Source of the DNA: Paraspadella gotoi
Taxonomy: Eukaryota > Animalia > Chaetognatha
NCBI GenBank assembly: GCA_051294375.1
Contig: CM119263.1
Location: 1 to 64,000, forward strand
Direction of reading: 5' to 3'
DNA: 64,000 nucleotides
Each line of letters starts with the position of its first letter. Position 1 is the first letter of the stretch. The translations under genes and the position numbers were made by a program. The notes beneath the pieces were generated by a model. It had not been told where the DNA came from and ran no database searches. It saw only the letters and a program-made list of their open reading frames with translations. This document shows positions 25,501-37,439 of the stretch, piece by piece.

Positions 25501-28500
25501 AGAAAAGAGAGAAAAAGAATAAGTCCCTGCAGAGCCAGCTGCAGGCTCGTTTTTTTCCCTATGATTATGAATCAGTGACTAGGGAAAATAAAGAGGGAGA
25601 GAGACATGTAATTAAGAGAGAAAAGAGAGAGAGAAAGAAATATGAAAATAAAAGAAAGAAAATTTGTTTGTTTTGATAAAACGTAAACAAAACATATTTA
25701 ATAACTGTCCAGACTCAATTTTAAGCACATCGATGATAAGCTGTATATAAATTTTCAGCTTCATACACCCAAATTTAATCATAAAAAAGGCGATCTATAA
25801 TTTGGAACGCCGACGACAACAACAACGCCGACGACGCCACTTATGGGCAAAAGCGATACAATATCGTCGCAAACGCTAAGCGATTGCGACGATAACAAAA
25901 AAATTTATATGCCTTCATTAAAATTTTTAACTCTGAAAACTGTTATACTTTTAACAAGGTTTTAAACAAATCCTAACTTAACATTTTTGGATAAAATTTA
26001 TAGAAACTAGTTCAGAAAGGTGCCCCATGATTAGGGCTTTAATTTGATACCTTGCCCACCATCCTATCTTTTTTCTTTCAAAAGTTATACAAAAAAATAA
26101 CTTTTTTTATCATCGGAGAACTAAGGATTTGAACTACGCAGTACAAATCTTTGTTAAATAAAAGTTTCAGCAAAGCGGGAGTATCTCAATTTATCCTATT
26201 TGTATAATAACTAAATTTCAAAATAAAAATTAAAAAAAAAATTTCAGTTATACCCATCGTCTTACTCGTTTATCAGAGAGAGATGAGAGGAGTCGCCAAC
26301 AAGTTACAGCACTGAAAAAGGCACACGCCAGAAGAGAGGCGAAGAGGCATAAAACGTAAGGAGCGGCTTGCAGAGACAGCTGCAGGCTCGTTTTTTTCCC
26401 TGGATGATGATAGAGTAAGTGACTTAGGGAAATAAGAGGGAGAGAGACATGTAATTAAGAGAGAAAAGAGAGAGAGAAAGAAAATATGAAATAAAGAAAG
26501 AAATTGTTTGTTTTGATAAAACGTAAACAAAACATATTTAATACTGTCGCTGCACTCTTTAACCGCACATCGATGATAAGCTGTATATAATTTCAGCTTC
26601 ATACACCAATTTAATCATAAAAAAGGCGATCTATAATTTGGAGCCGACGACAACAAAACGGCGCGACGAGCACTTATGGGCAAAAGTCGATTACAATATC
26701 GTCGCAAACGCTAAGGATTGCGAGCGATAACAAAAAAATTTATATGCCTTCATTAAAATTTAATCTGAAAACTGTTATACTTTTTAACAAGGTTTTAAAC
26801 AAATTCCTAACTTAACATTTTTGGATAAAATTTAAGAAACTAGTTCAGAAAGGTGCCCATGATTAGGGCTTTAATTTGATACCTTGCCACCATCCTATCT
26901 TTTTTCTTTCAAAGTTATACAAAAAAAATAACTTTTTTTATCATCGGAGAACTAAGGATTTGAACTACGCAGTACAAAATCTTTGTTAAATAAAAGTTTC
27001 AGCAAAGCGGGAGGTATCTCTTTTATCCTATTTGTATAATAACTAAATTTCAAAATAAAAATTAAAAAAAAAAATTTCAGTTATACCCATCGTCTTCATC
27101 CGTTATGGCTTATGGTTTAAGAATTCAGAGAAACAAAGTATCTAGTCCAAATTTCAACTTTTACACTGTACTTTTACTGTTATTCTAGGCCGAATCATAT
27201 TTTGCATGTATTTGTTCAGCATAACCGTCAGGAAAGGGATGGCTTGTTAGTACAAATGGTCAAAGTAAATTCATGAGCGATAATTTTTTTTCCGTGCACA
27301 TGAAATTAAGCGTGATCTGTCTGCGTCTTATGGTAGTTGTGGTGGTAGTTGTGAATATAGTGTTTGTTATAATTGTAATTGTTGTTGCAACTACATTTTT
27401 TTTCATATAAAAAAAACAAGCAAAATAAAATACATGTTAAGCGTAATTATTGTTTTTTTCCACCAACTCATTTCCACTCAGACGATTCCACCGAAACTTG
27501 ATTTCCAGCTTAATCACAATGCTTCACAACCAACACACAAAATTTCAGGTTAATCACCCTATCCACGCATGAGTAATTGGCGTTCCAAGCTGGTGGGACG
27601 GACGGACATGGATTTTTTTTGCATAATTTTATAAAAATTCGAAGATTAGACTTACGGACAAAGTTTAAACCATTTTTAAAAAGTCATTAAGTTCGCCAAA
27701 AATATTGAAAACTGGTTTTTTGTACTGATTTTTAATTTTCAGATTATGAATATAGTTTTTTATAATTTTGACTAACTTAATGACAAAATTTTCAAAAATA
27801 GCTTATACTTTCTAAAATCAATTATTTGTCAGGAATACAAATCCGTTCTTAAAATTGAAAAATTATCATTGATTGGTAAACGATCGCCACATATACTTAT
27901 ACATAGGATTTTTAATATACAAAATTTTAATAGGTTCTTATTTTCAATTTTTTATAGGTTAAATGTTAATTCTATAACATTTTATTTCACCCTACAGTAT
28001 TTACCCAATTTTAATAATATGTTTATACTTCAAACATGGACATTTCCGACAATAACAAGAAATTTTTGTATAAAATCATCATCACCATTACATTATTCGG
28101 ACTTTTTACCCTAAAATTTTCATGAATGAAGTTTGATATCTATATTTTGATTATTATATTTTTTTATAATATTTAGGTTTGGGTTAGGTTGATTCTCCTG
28201 CGATGTTACGAAAATACGTATAAATTGCAATGAGCGTTTGGAATGAAATGAGTTTGNNNNNNNNNNNNNNNNNNNNNNNNNAAGTTTACTAGATACAGTC
28301 ACAGTGATACTATAAGGGGGTTATGTTGCCTGTGATAAGATATGCATATAACTAGGTACCAAAAGGTTCAGTGTTCAGAACTAACATCAAAATCCAAAAT
28401 GAAATTAGACACATTTAGATTCAATACTGCAATATGTAAATGAGATTGAGAGATTCAATCTCATTTAAGATCATATTAAATAATCATCTCTTACAATACT

Positions 28501-31500
28501 GCTTCTTAAAAAATCATTATCAAAAATACCTGAGAAATATTTTGTTGATTCGGCGCCTGCGGACTGTCCCGCTTCCCCGCTTCCCCGCCTCCTTTTCCTT
28601 TTCCTGTGGCTTCGTGAGAGGCGCTGCGGTGTCGATCCGCGGGTCGACGAAAGGCGAGCAGCGTTGAGAAAATCTCGCCCACGGGTTTATTTCCCAAAAG
28701 CGACTCCTGCGATTGAGTCTTGGGCGGTTCCGACTTCGATCCTCGAGGACTCGTGTCGTCCTTCTGGAAGAGGGCGCCGAGTGGGCGAGAGCCCGAAAAC
28801 AGGGCGCCGGTCGGTCGATTCTTGCCCAAAAGGAAGGAAGTGGTGGGTCGCCCGGAGCCGCTCGTCGACGTGGACGCCTCGGATCCAGAAGGGTCGCGGC
28901 GCTGTGCCTCGCTTTTGGGGGCGCAGGCAGCATCGGCGTCTAGAGGTTTTCCATTAGGAGATTCCGAGTAGAAGCTCGGCAGCATTGGAGGACGAGAGTC
29001 ACCGGACGAAGAGGATGGTGGTTGGTTGGGTGGGGAAGGGCCGGGAATGCCGGAGGTAGGGTAGGGCGAGGTGGGCTGAGGTTGATGAGGGGATGGAAGG
29101 TAGTTGGGTTGAGCTTGAAGAGGAGATTGGAGAGGTTGGATGGGAGACAGATGCGGTTGAGATGGAGACGGCTGAGGTTGTATCGGAGATTGCTGAGGAT
29201 GATTCAACGGGGAATGTTGCGGGTGCATGGGCGAATGTTGTGGTTGCATAGGGGAATGCTGAGGGTGCATTGGCGAATGTTGAGGATGCATAGGAGAATG
29301 CTGGGGATGCATAGGAGAATGTTGGGGAGGCATAGGAGAATGTTGAGGATGCATAGGAGATTGGTGCGATTGCATAGGTGATTTGTGAGAATGGCCAGAG
29401 TCGGTCTGCGGCGAGCGAGAGGCCGCCATTTTGTAATGGGCGGTCTCCTGCTTTTCAGAGGGAAAAGGAAGTGTTTCGACGACGGAGATTCCGCGTTCTA
29501 AGTCTGTCGTTCGAATCTTGATGGGCGGGACGCGACCCTCCATCGCCGGGCGGTCGTCGTTCTCCCTCTTTAAATGCTGAATTACTTGGTAGATCTTTTC
29601 GGGTTGCGGACTGCGATGATCCCTCACTTCTGCTTTGAATGTCAACTCGTTGGTCAGCTTGTTCTTCAGCATGTGGTGCGGCGATGGGTGAGCGTCGATG
29701 TCGGTCTTGGCGCCCGGTAGCGGCGGAGTGCAAAGCTGCGGAGAGTGGGAGACTTTACGGCCATCGGCGCCGCCGACGCCCTTGTCCGAAGACGGGGCCT
29801 TGATCACCTGTGCGTCTCTCGGTGATGGAGAAGGAACGGGCGAAATGAACTGATAGGCGGCGCTGACCGGAGGAGTCGTCAGTTGTCGAGGGGAACCAGG
29901 CGCGCCACCGAGGGCGTTGTTACGGACAATGAGATCCAAGAGGTCGGACCCGTCCGAAGTCTCTTTGATCGACTCGAAGTCGCTCTGAATCTCGCTGGAC
30001 AACGCGGGTGACTCAGAAGTCGGCGGCGTCGACGAGGTCGAACCCTGGAATCACAAATGTTCTTCACTTGTAAGTTTTAATAATAATTGACAAAGTTGCA
30101 CATTCAAAACTAGTATGAAATGTTTTCGTTTAGACGCATAAATCATTAAAAATTACTAAATCTCTATCAAGAATAATGAAGAAATTAATATAATGTGGTG
30201 AATCCTAAATTCGCCTCCCGTATAGCTTGGTGAAACTCAGCTCGTCCCATTGGCTTGGACAGCTAAGTACTCGTTCACCAACCGTGAGTTCCGGGTTCAA
30301 TCCCCTCACGGTCACGCTGGTTAAAGTGTGATGGTGTCGGCATAAACACGCCAGTGACATGGGGTGGTCACTGCAGGTCCAAAGCCAGCTGGCAGGAGAT
30401 GCCTCACACCCCAGGCATCGCACATGTCCCTCCGTTGCCATAAGTGGTTAGCCCTACTATCGAACACGCAACCGCTGCGTACCGTCGTTCACGTCGTCGC
30501 TTAAGGGTATGCATCCCACGCCTATGCCCTACTTCTCGCTCGCTCTCTATGGCAATGAGTCTGTCTACTCTCAAGACAGTCACTCTGGGCTTGGTCACCC
30601 CAGTGTGCTGTCTTGGGGGGGGCATGTGTGGTGAATCTTAAATTCGCCTCCCGTATAGCTTGGTTAAACTCAGCTCGTCCCATTGGCTTGGACAGCTAAG
30701 TACTCGTTCACCAACAGTAGGGCGTTGAAAAATAACGAAATATAACAGATCAAATGAGGTACATAGCTATTTTAGTGTAATAAAGTCTAGAATTCGATGA
30801 TATAACCATTTTTTTGTATAGTCTCATCTTCTTTGTCGGAAATGGCGATTTTTGCAGCATATAAGGTGCTATTAAAATGGAGCAAACATTGTAGAGTATA
30901 AGAAACTAAAATTATTAAGATTTTATAAAGCTATATTTAACTTATATAATATAAAAATAAAGCCCCATATAAATATTTTGGTAAGTTTATTTACAAATTT
31001 TATATTTTATTAATAGTTTGTTAGCTATATTTATTAATAAATAATAATAAAAAATAAGCTAAAGTGAAAAAATAAAAAAATTCAAATTTTAAAACCGGAT
31101 TTGAATTCCTTACAAAAAGTTGATATAAGAAAGTATAATCCATTTTAAAAAATTCATTCATTAAGTAGGTTAAAAATATTAAAAACTATTTTTTATTTAA
31201 TTTTTCAGTTTTTGGCTTAAAATTATAGTTTTTCTGATTTGACCAACTTAATGACATAATTTTTGATATAAAAATTATATTTTCTTATATCAACTTTTTA
31301 CAAAGAATCGCAAATCCATGAAAAAAATTTTGAAATTATTATTTTTTTAACTTTAACCTAATTTTTACTCATAATTATTATAAATATAGATAATTAAATT
31401 TTATAAAAAACATAAATTTAGAAATAAACTTAACAAAATATTTTATAAGTCTTTATTTTTATATTTCAAAGCTCATATAAATTTTATAAAATTTTATAAT

Positions 31501-34500
31501 TTATTTATCATAAATTATATGGTTTTGCTTTTTTAAACATTTTATATACATTAAAAACCGTCATTTCCGACAAGAAAGATAAAATTATACAAAAACATGG
31601 TCATCACCATCGAATTCTACAGACTACATTACACTAAATAGCTATGTACCTCACTTGATTGTTATATTTTATTTATTTTTCAACCTCTAACCACGTGAGT
31701 TCCGGGTTCAAATCCCCTCACGGTCACGCTGGTTTAAAGTGTGATGGTGTCGGCATAAACACGCCAGGGACATGCGGTGGTCACTGCAGGTCCAAAGCCT
31801 GAGCGCCAGCTGTCGGGAGATGCCTCACACCCCAGGCATCGCACATGTCCCTCCGTTGCCATAATAATTCCAATCTATTTAAAAGAGAATTGAGAGATAA
31901 AAGATAAAGATAAGTAGGAACCGGAATAATCAGTGGAATGGAGCTCTCGAGGCCCCAAATTTTGATTAATGAAATATAAGACACAAAATATTTTACTCTT
32001 ATTCTGAGGGAACCAAACAGATCATAATACAGGGACTCCTGTCAGGGAGTCCAGCTTTATCGGTATCTTAAGCTCAAGAGCGATTTTAAGATGGAAAAAA
32101 ATTATTGGGAAACTGGAAGCCTAAATTTGACCCAAAAATTGTCCGTAATTTTTTCTATCACAATTATTCTTTTTTAATTTTTAATAAAATTTAAAAAAAT
32201 AATATAGGAAACAACCAGACTTGTCGCCTCAGTTCTCCTGACTGTGATCCCTAAACTTTTATTAGCCAAACTTCGTTCAATGGGGTGGGTCAGAAGTTTG
32301 TTTGGGAACCTCATACATTTCTGAGAAACTTTCAATGGAGCAAAATTTTCTAAATGGCAAGAAGCATTAGTAATTAATTTTTTAATATTTATTTATAGAT
32401 AGGAAATGTCAAAAATTTTTTTTTGAATTTTTTATTTTTAAAGCAGATTCAAATAGCTTATGAAAAGTTATCTACACAAAGTATAATTCTTTTTTCAATA
32501 TTTTGGGTTTAAATTGAAAAAACCTTAAAAAATCATCATCATCATCATCATCCGATGATTTTAGCAGTTTTTACTAATTTTAGTAATAAAACATCAAAAT
32601 TTTTAAAAGATTGTAATTATATTTTTTGCTTAACTTTTTAAGCTCTATCAGAATCAATTAAAAAAACTTAAAATATCCAAAAAAATTTTTGACATTATAT
32701 AGCAATAAAATAATATTAATTAGCGAATTACTCATGGTTCGGAACATTTTTGTAAAAAAATATTAACACAATAATTAATACCATAATGGATTAGTTTAAT
32801 GCTGTTCCCATTAAAAATTGAATTTGGTCGCTACCTCTACTTTTATGAAAGGGAGTTACTTAAGCCAGAAGTCAAAAGTGTCTCCTGCATAATAAATAGT
32901 TATTAACCATCCATTCTCCCGAATGCAGCCATAGTGGTAGGACTGGAGGCTTTCCTACCGGGTTCGCAAAAGCTTGCTCAAAGCTTCTGTGGGTGCTTGC
33001 AAAGGTTTTTCAAGGCAGTCCAAATGTGAAAAATAAATGATATGAGTCTATTAGAGATGACAAAGTTTTTTTTATATAAATAATTCGTGCAAACAAAAAC
33101 TTTGTCAATCTCTAAACATTTCGAACAACGAAAAGAAAGGATTAACACAATAAGATATGAGTCAAAGGAAATCAGAGAGGGAGAGAGTGAGAGAGAGAGG
33201 AAGAGAGTGAGGGCAAAAATTCAAAAAGAGGAAAAAAGAAAAGTTAGACAAAAAAAAAGTTTTTCAGATGTTCTCAGCGTAAAAAATAGGAAAAAAGTCT
33301 AAATTCATAACTTTTTGACTCGTTTTATTCATTTTTCACATTTTTTCATATTAATGGTTTGAATTTTATAATTAAAGGCAGCATATAAATATTCTCATCT
33401 CTCAATCTTTCAATTCCTCCAACCTAATAATTATTAAGTCTCTGCGGTTTTGAAATACGGATGAATCTAACGAGAAGAAAACACTTATCAAAATATAAAA
33501 TAATAATAAATTGTTAAAAACGAACCTGAGACGTTGAGACTTTTATTCCTCCTGCCGCCGTTGCCGAAGCGGCGTGGCTCCCTCTCAATGAGCTTAATGG
33601 CGGCGCGGGCGGCGTCTCTATTCGAGAGGACACCGCGTTGGGTGGCTTCATGGCTTGCGTCGGCGGAGAAGGACTGTAGTGCGGGGAGAGCTGCATAGAA
33701 GGATGGCTCGGAAGCCGCGGGGGCATGTGCGTCGTCGGCTTTGTCGACGGAATAGCCGGAGAGCTTTCTGGACGGCCGGCGATGTGCATTGAGACCGCAT
33801 CGGTCGACGGCGTGACTCCCTGAAGCGTGCGGCTCATATGTTGCAGATTCGCCAGAGCGGGGTTAGACCCCATGCTCTTGCTATTGGGCGGAAGATGATA
33901 CCCCGCCGCGATAATGTCCTGAGGTTGTATGGGAGTATGTCCGGATGTCTCCGCAGTGTGGTTCGTCCCGGACCGAGATTTAAAGTTGTTTGATTGATCG
34001 ACGCTCGTCGCCGTCTCGGGGGACGTCAACGAAGATTCTGGGGGCCTCAGATGTTTTCTCGACTCCGCCTGCTGATGTTGCAAATGATGTTGCTGAAGGT
34101 AATGTAATTGCTGTTGCCGGAAGGCGGCGTGGGAGAGATCTTGGGACGCGGAGCGTGGAATGGGATCCCTGGAGGCAGCGGCGGCGGCGGCCGACTGGGA
34201 TTCGTGGCGGGAAGAAGAGGACGAAACTGTGGAGGGAGCGGAGGCGGAGGACGCCGGCGACGACAGATATTGACGGATGAGATTCGAGGATGAGGAAGAT
34301 GGCGTCGAACGCGACGCGGAACCTCCGTGAATTCGGACCAGATCCGGAACGGGCAACATGTCTTTACCAGGCGGGTAGCCTTGGTAGCCTTCCACGTTGG
34401 ATGTCGAAGGCTGAAAAGTAATACGATGGTTTAAAATTGATCAAAGAATCATCTCCCTCTCTCCCTCCCCGCCTCTACAGATTATAGACGAATTTCAGTT

Positions 34501-36507
34501 GTCTCCTATGAGATAATTATGGCCCACCTGCGATGTCACGGAAGGACCGGCGCTCGAAATTCGGGCGGCGGCACTCAAAGCAGACGACAGCGCCGACTCT
34601 TTCTGGTAGTACTGCGCCGCGGAAGCAATCTCGTTCCTGTCGGAAATGGCCGAATGATGCAGGGGCGCAGGGTAGGACCGTTCCGGGGCCCTCGAGTTGG
34701 CGTAAGAAGATAGAGGGGCCCCGCGCGACGACTCCGGTGTCGCCTTTGATGCGTGATAACCGCTTGTGGCGGCGGTTGACGCAGCCGCCGCCGCCGCCGC
34801 AGCCGCCGCGGCGTGGCTCTCGGCGGAAGAGGGCGGAAGGTCGCGAGGGTAAGGAGATTGCGAAGGGCGAAGACCGGCCGCTGCCGCCGCCACCGCCGCC
34901 GAGGGTCGGAAGAAATCGTGATTTATCGGAGAGGAGTAACTCGGGTGAGGAAGAGGAAAGGAGAGCGGATGACCGGGAAGCAGCGGCATCGAGGGATGGT
35001 GTTGGCCCAAGAGTTCGTGCGGCGGGAAGACGTGGTAAGGAGGAGGAAATCGATGCGGAGAAGCAGCAGCAGAATGGTGGGACGAGGAATGGTGGTGAGG
35101 GGTTCGAGCGTAACCCTGAAAGAGAAGACAAAATTATATTCTATTCTGACAATCGGAGCGAGAATGTGAGAATGAGAGAATGTGAGAATGAAAAAATGTG
35201 AGAATGAGAAAATGTTAAAATATGAGAATGAGACAATTAGAGAATGTAAGAAAGTCTTACCTCTCTAGAAGAACCGGCCCTTGAAGAAGAATGGGCGGGC
35301 GGTGGCGCAGGGAAAGGGCTAGGACTCTGGCTAAGAAGCTGCGGTGACGGCGGAGCGACAGGATGAGAGTTGCTGAGGAAAAAGAAATCGATTAAAATGA
35401 GTTTTAAAATAAAACTTGATTTTTGAAACAAAATTGGAGGAAGAAAAAAACCTTCTGTGATGAGGGTGGCCTCCGATGGCCGCCGCCGCCGCAGCAGCAG
35501 CAGAATTCGCGTCGTGATTGAGATAAGGAAAACCGTGATGGGTGCCTTTATAATTAGAATATAATATTATAATTAAAATATAGAATCGAAAAAAGGTGTT
35601 ATATGCTAAATAGTTAACCTGGCAAGCCGAGGCCACCGGACATCGCTTGAATTCCTGGATGAAAAACGGAAGGAGGAATGACCGGAGGAGCGGGAGTGGA
35701 CCCACTTCGATGCGCCTGATAATAATTCAAAATTAAGGAAAGTAGGAAAGTAGGAAAGTAGGCTTGGAATATTAATTTCGCTTTTCGATAATCAGATATT
35801 AATCTAATTTTATCTAACCCGAAAAAGTAAAATCCATCTTGTTTTGATGAACATCATAAGCTAAGTCTGTGTAAACCGACAGAAATATTAAATGAAAAAT
35901 ATTACTAGCAAATTTCTCAGGGAGAAAAAAACATCCTAGAAGGATCAAATTAAAATTTGAAAACATATAACATTTAATGTTTTGTTCAGAGATTTGAGGA
36001 TTCAATTTCGAATAAAAACAAAATTTTTAACTTTAATAGTAGACCGAGTTTTAAAAAGAGTAAGACAAAGACCTGATAAGACGTCCCCGAGGGTGCGTTG
36101 GAGGCGTTTTTCCGACCATCGTTAACGCCATCTAGCTGAGGAATGTCAGGATCACACTGATGGCTGGAAAATACGTTCTTCCCAACTTTCATAGTCATCG
36201 CGGCATCGTCCTCATTATCGAGGGAGAACCGAGCAGTTTTGTCCAATGTCCAGCTCATTTCCCAATCCCTTTCACTTTTTCCTTCCATATTCGGCGCAAC
36301 GGAAGTCTCAGTACCATAAATTACCCGATGCGACATTAAGGTGGAAAATGAATGTGAATGGGTGACCTGGGTGGATCTCCCCCAGCTTTGTGGTGGGGAG
36401 GCTGTTCCACTTTCGTTGTCAGTTGAGTTTGTTAACTCGATGAGTGAAGTTTCGCGCAGAGAATCGCGAAGTGACGCGTAAGCCCCTCCATAATCATCCG
36501 GTTCCAT
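13574..36507 (-). CDS. Very large low-complexity, probably nuclear protein; exons ~36507-36072, 35716-35619, 35546-35452, 35371-35281, 35114-34528, 34410-33526, 30045-28529, 20534-18297, 16493-13574
   Basis: Long GC-rich ORFs (978, 693, 498, 293, 173 aa) bounded by GT/AG; compatible junction YR|EDAYF; many K/R-rich NLS-like tracts; no globular domain recognised. Confidence 0.7.
16760..16905. repeat. ~60-bp tandem repeat, about 2.4 copies
   Basis: GCTCCAATTAAAATAATA...AATAAAAGAAGGCTTGACTTTTAATC repeated. Confidence 0.8.
21051..27327. mobile_element. Putative ~6.3-kb decayed TIR DNA transposon in an intron
   Basis: Imperfect TIRs GACGCAGA(GA)CAGATCACGCT(G/T)AATTT at both ends; TTAT on both flanks; no transposase ORF seen. 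Confidence 0.6.
24860..27105. repeat. Tandem duplication (partial unit ~24860-25200, units ~25450-26272 and ~26360-27105); part is inverted-homologous to 37045-37280
   Basis: Repeated GCAGAGCCAGCTGCAG...GAGAGACATGTAATTAAGAG and GCCGACGACAACAAC...CAAACGCTAAG blocks. Confidence 0.8.
29160..29390 (-). repeat. Coding heptad repeat (HSPMHPQ)n
   Basis: About 8-10 units of 21 nt in ORF 28506-30002. Confidence 0.9.
30316..30389 (+). ncRNA. Twister type P5 (family B, 5' LTR), probably inactivated by a 9-nt deletion of the P4 3' strand
   Basis: Lacks CTGAGCGCC relative to the copy at 44417. Confidence 0.7.
30718..31689. mobile_element. Foldback MITE (hAT-like) inserted in the family B 3' LTR
   Basis: TAGGGCGTTGAAAAATAA.../...TTATTTTTCAACCTCTA with several hundred bp of inverted symmetry; imperfect ~8-bp TSD ACCAACAG / ACCACG. 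Confidence 0.8.
31728..31810 (+). ncRNA. Twister type P5 (family B, 3' LTR); predicted cleavage 31756/31757
   Basis: GCTGG..GTGT-GA-TG-G-TGTCGGCA-TAA-ACAC-GCC-P3-CAGG-TCCAAAGC-CTG..CCAGC; one C short in P4. Confidence 0.75.
32260..32835. repeat. Interspersed repeat, homologous to 8450-8610 and 10575-10985
   Basis: CAATGGGGTGGGT...GAGAAAACTTTCAATGG and GCGAATTACTCATGGTTCGG shared. Confidence 0.7.
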
Positions 36508-37439
36508 AATGATAATCTATCGGTCTTCCAATATCGCGGTAAAGAAAAGTCTATTTTTCATCTTGGTGCAGAATGAGTTTTTTCTCCAGGTACAATAAAC
36601 GCTATAAAACCGAAACATTATTTAGTATTTAGTATTTAAAGCAATTAGTTCCAACAAAATTTCTTTTTCCATAAAAACCTGAGAAATTAACATTTTGAGT
36701 TTACTTTTAAAAACAAAAAGTAACGGCCACAAAAAATCGGTATTTAATCCCAGCAAAACGAGGAAAATAGTTGAATAAACAAATATAAACAAATAATCTT
36801 GGAATTTTCTTAATTAAAATTAGCTGCGGTCGTAGCGCCAGATATGGCGACTACGAAACATCTCCCCCAGTGCATACGTTAACATCACAGAGCTCGTAAG
36901 GATGTGATACGGAGATGCCACATCCGTGTTTCCAGAATTCACAGAACGAGGCTCACACCCGCTTGTTTTTTTCACTTTTCTCTTCATGCAAGAAAAACTC
37001 ATCTTCGGGAGCCTGAATTAAGCGACCTCCATATTTTTATCTTTTGTTTTTTTATCGTCGCAATCGCTAAGCGTTTGCGACGATATTGTAACGCTTTTGC
37101 GCATAAGTGGCGTCGGCGTCATCGTTGTTGTCGTCGGCGTTCCAAATTATAGATCGCTTTTTTTATGATTAAATTTGGGTGTGTGAAGCTGAAAATTTAT
37201 ATACAGCTTCTCATAATCGATGTGCTTAAAATTGAGTCTGGACAGTTATTAAATTTGTTTTGTTTACGTTTTATCAAAAACATAAAAACCAAAAAAAATT
37301 GACCGGAATAAAACTCACAAGAGCGATCAAATGATAGAGTACTATTTTGGAGGTGTTTGAACCTAAGAATTTATAGGAACTTTTAAGATAAAATCGATTT
37401 TAACTAATATTTTTGATAATTTTAGTACAGATTTTTAAA

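Larger units (their letters stand above)
30194..31863 (+). mobile_element. Non-autonomous LTR retroelement (TRIM-like), family B: LTR 30194-30442, internal 30443-30626, LTR 30627-31863 (interrupted by a MITE)
   Basis: TGTGGTG...TTGCCATA LTRs; TSD ATAA (30190-30193 / 31864-31867); PBS-like AG-TGGTTAGCCC; G8 polypurine tract at 30615-30622. Confidence 0.9.
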
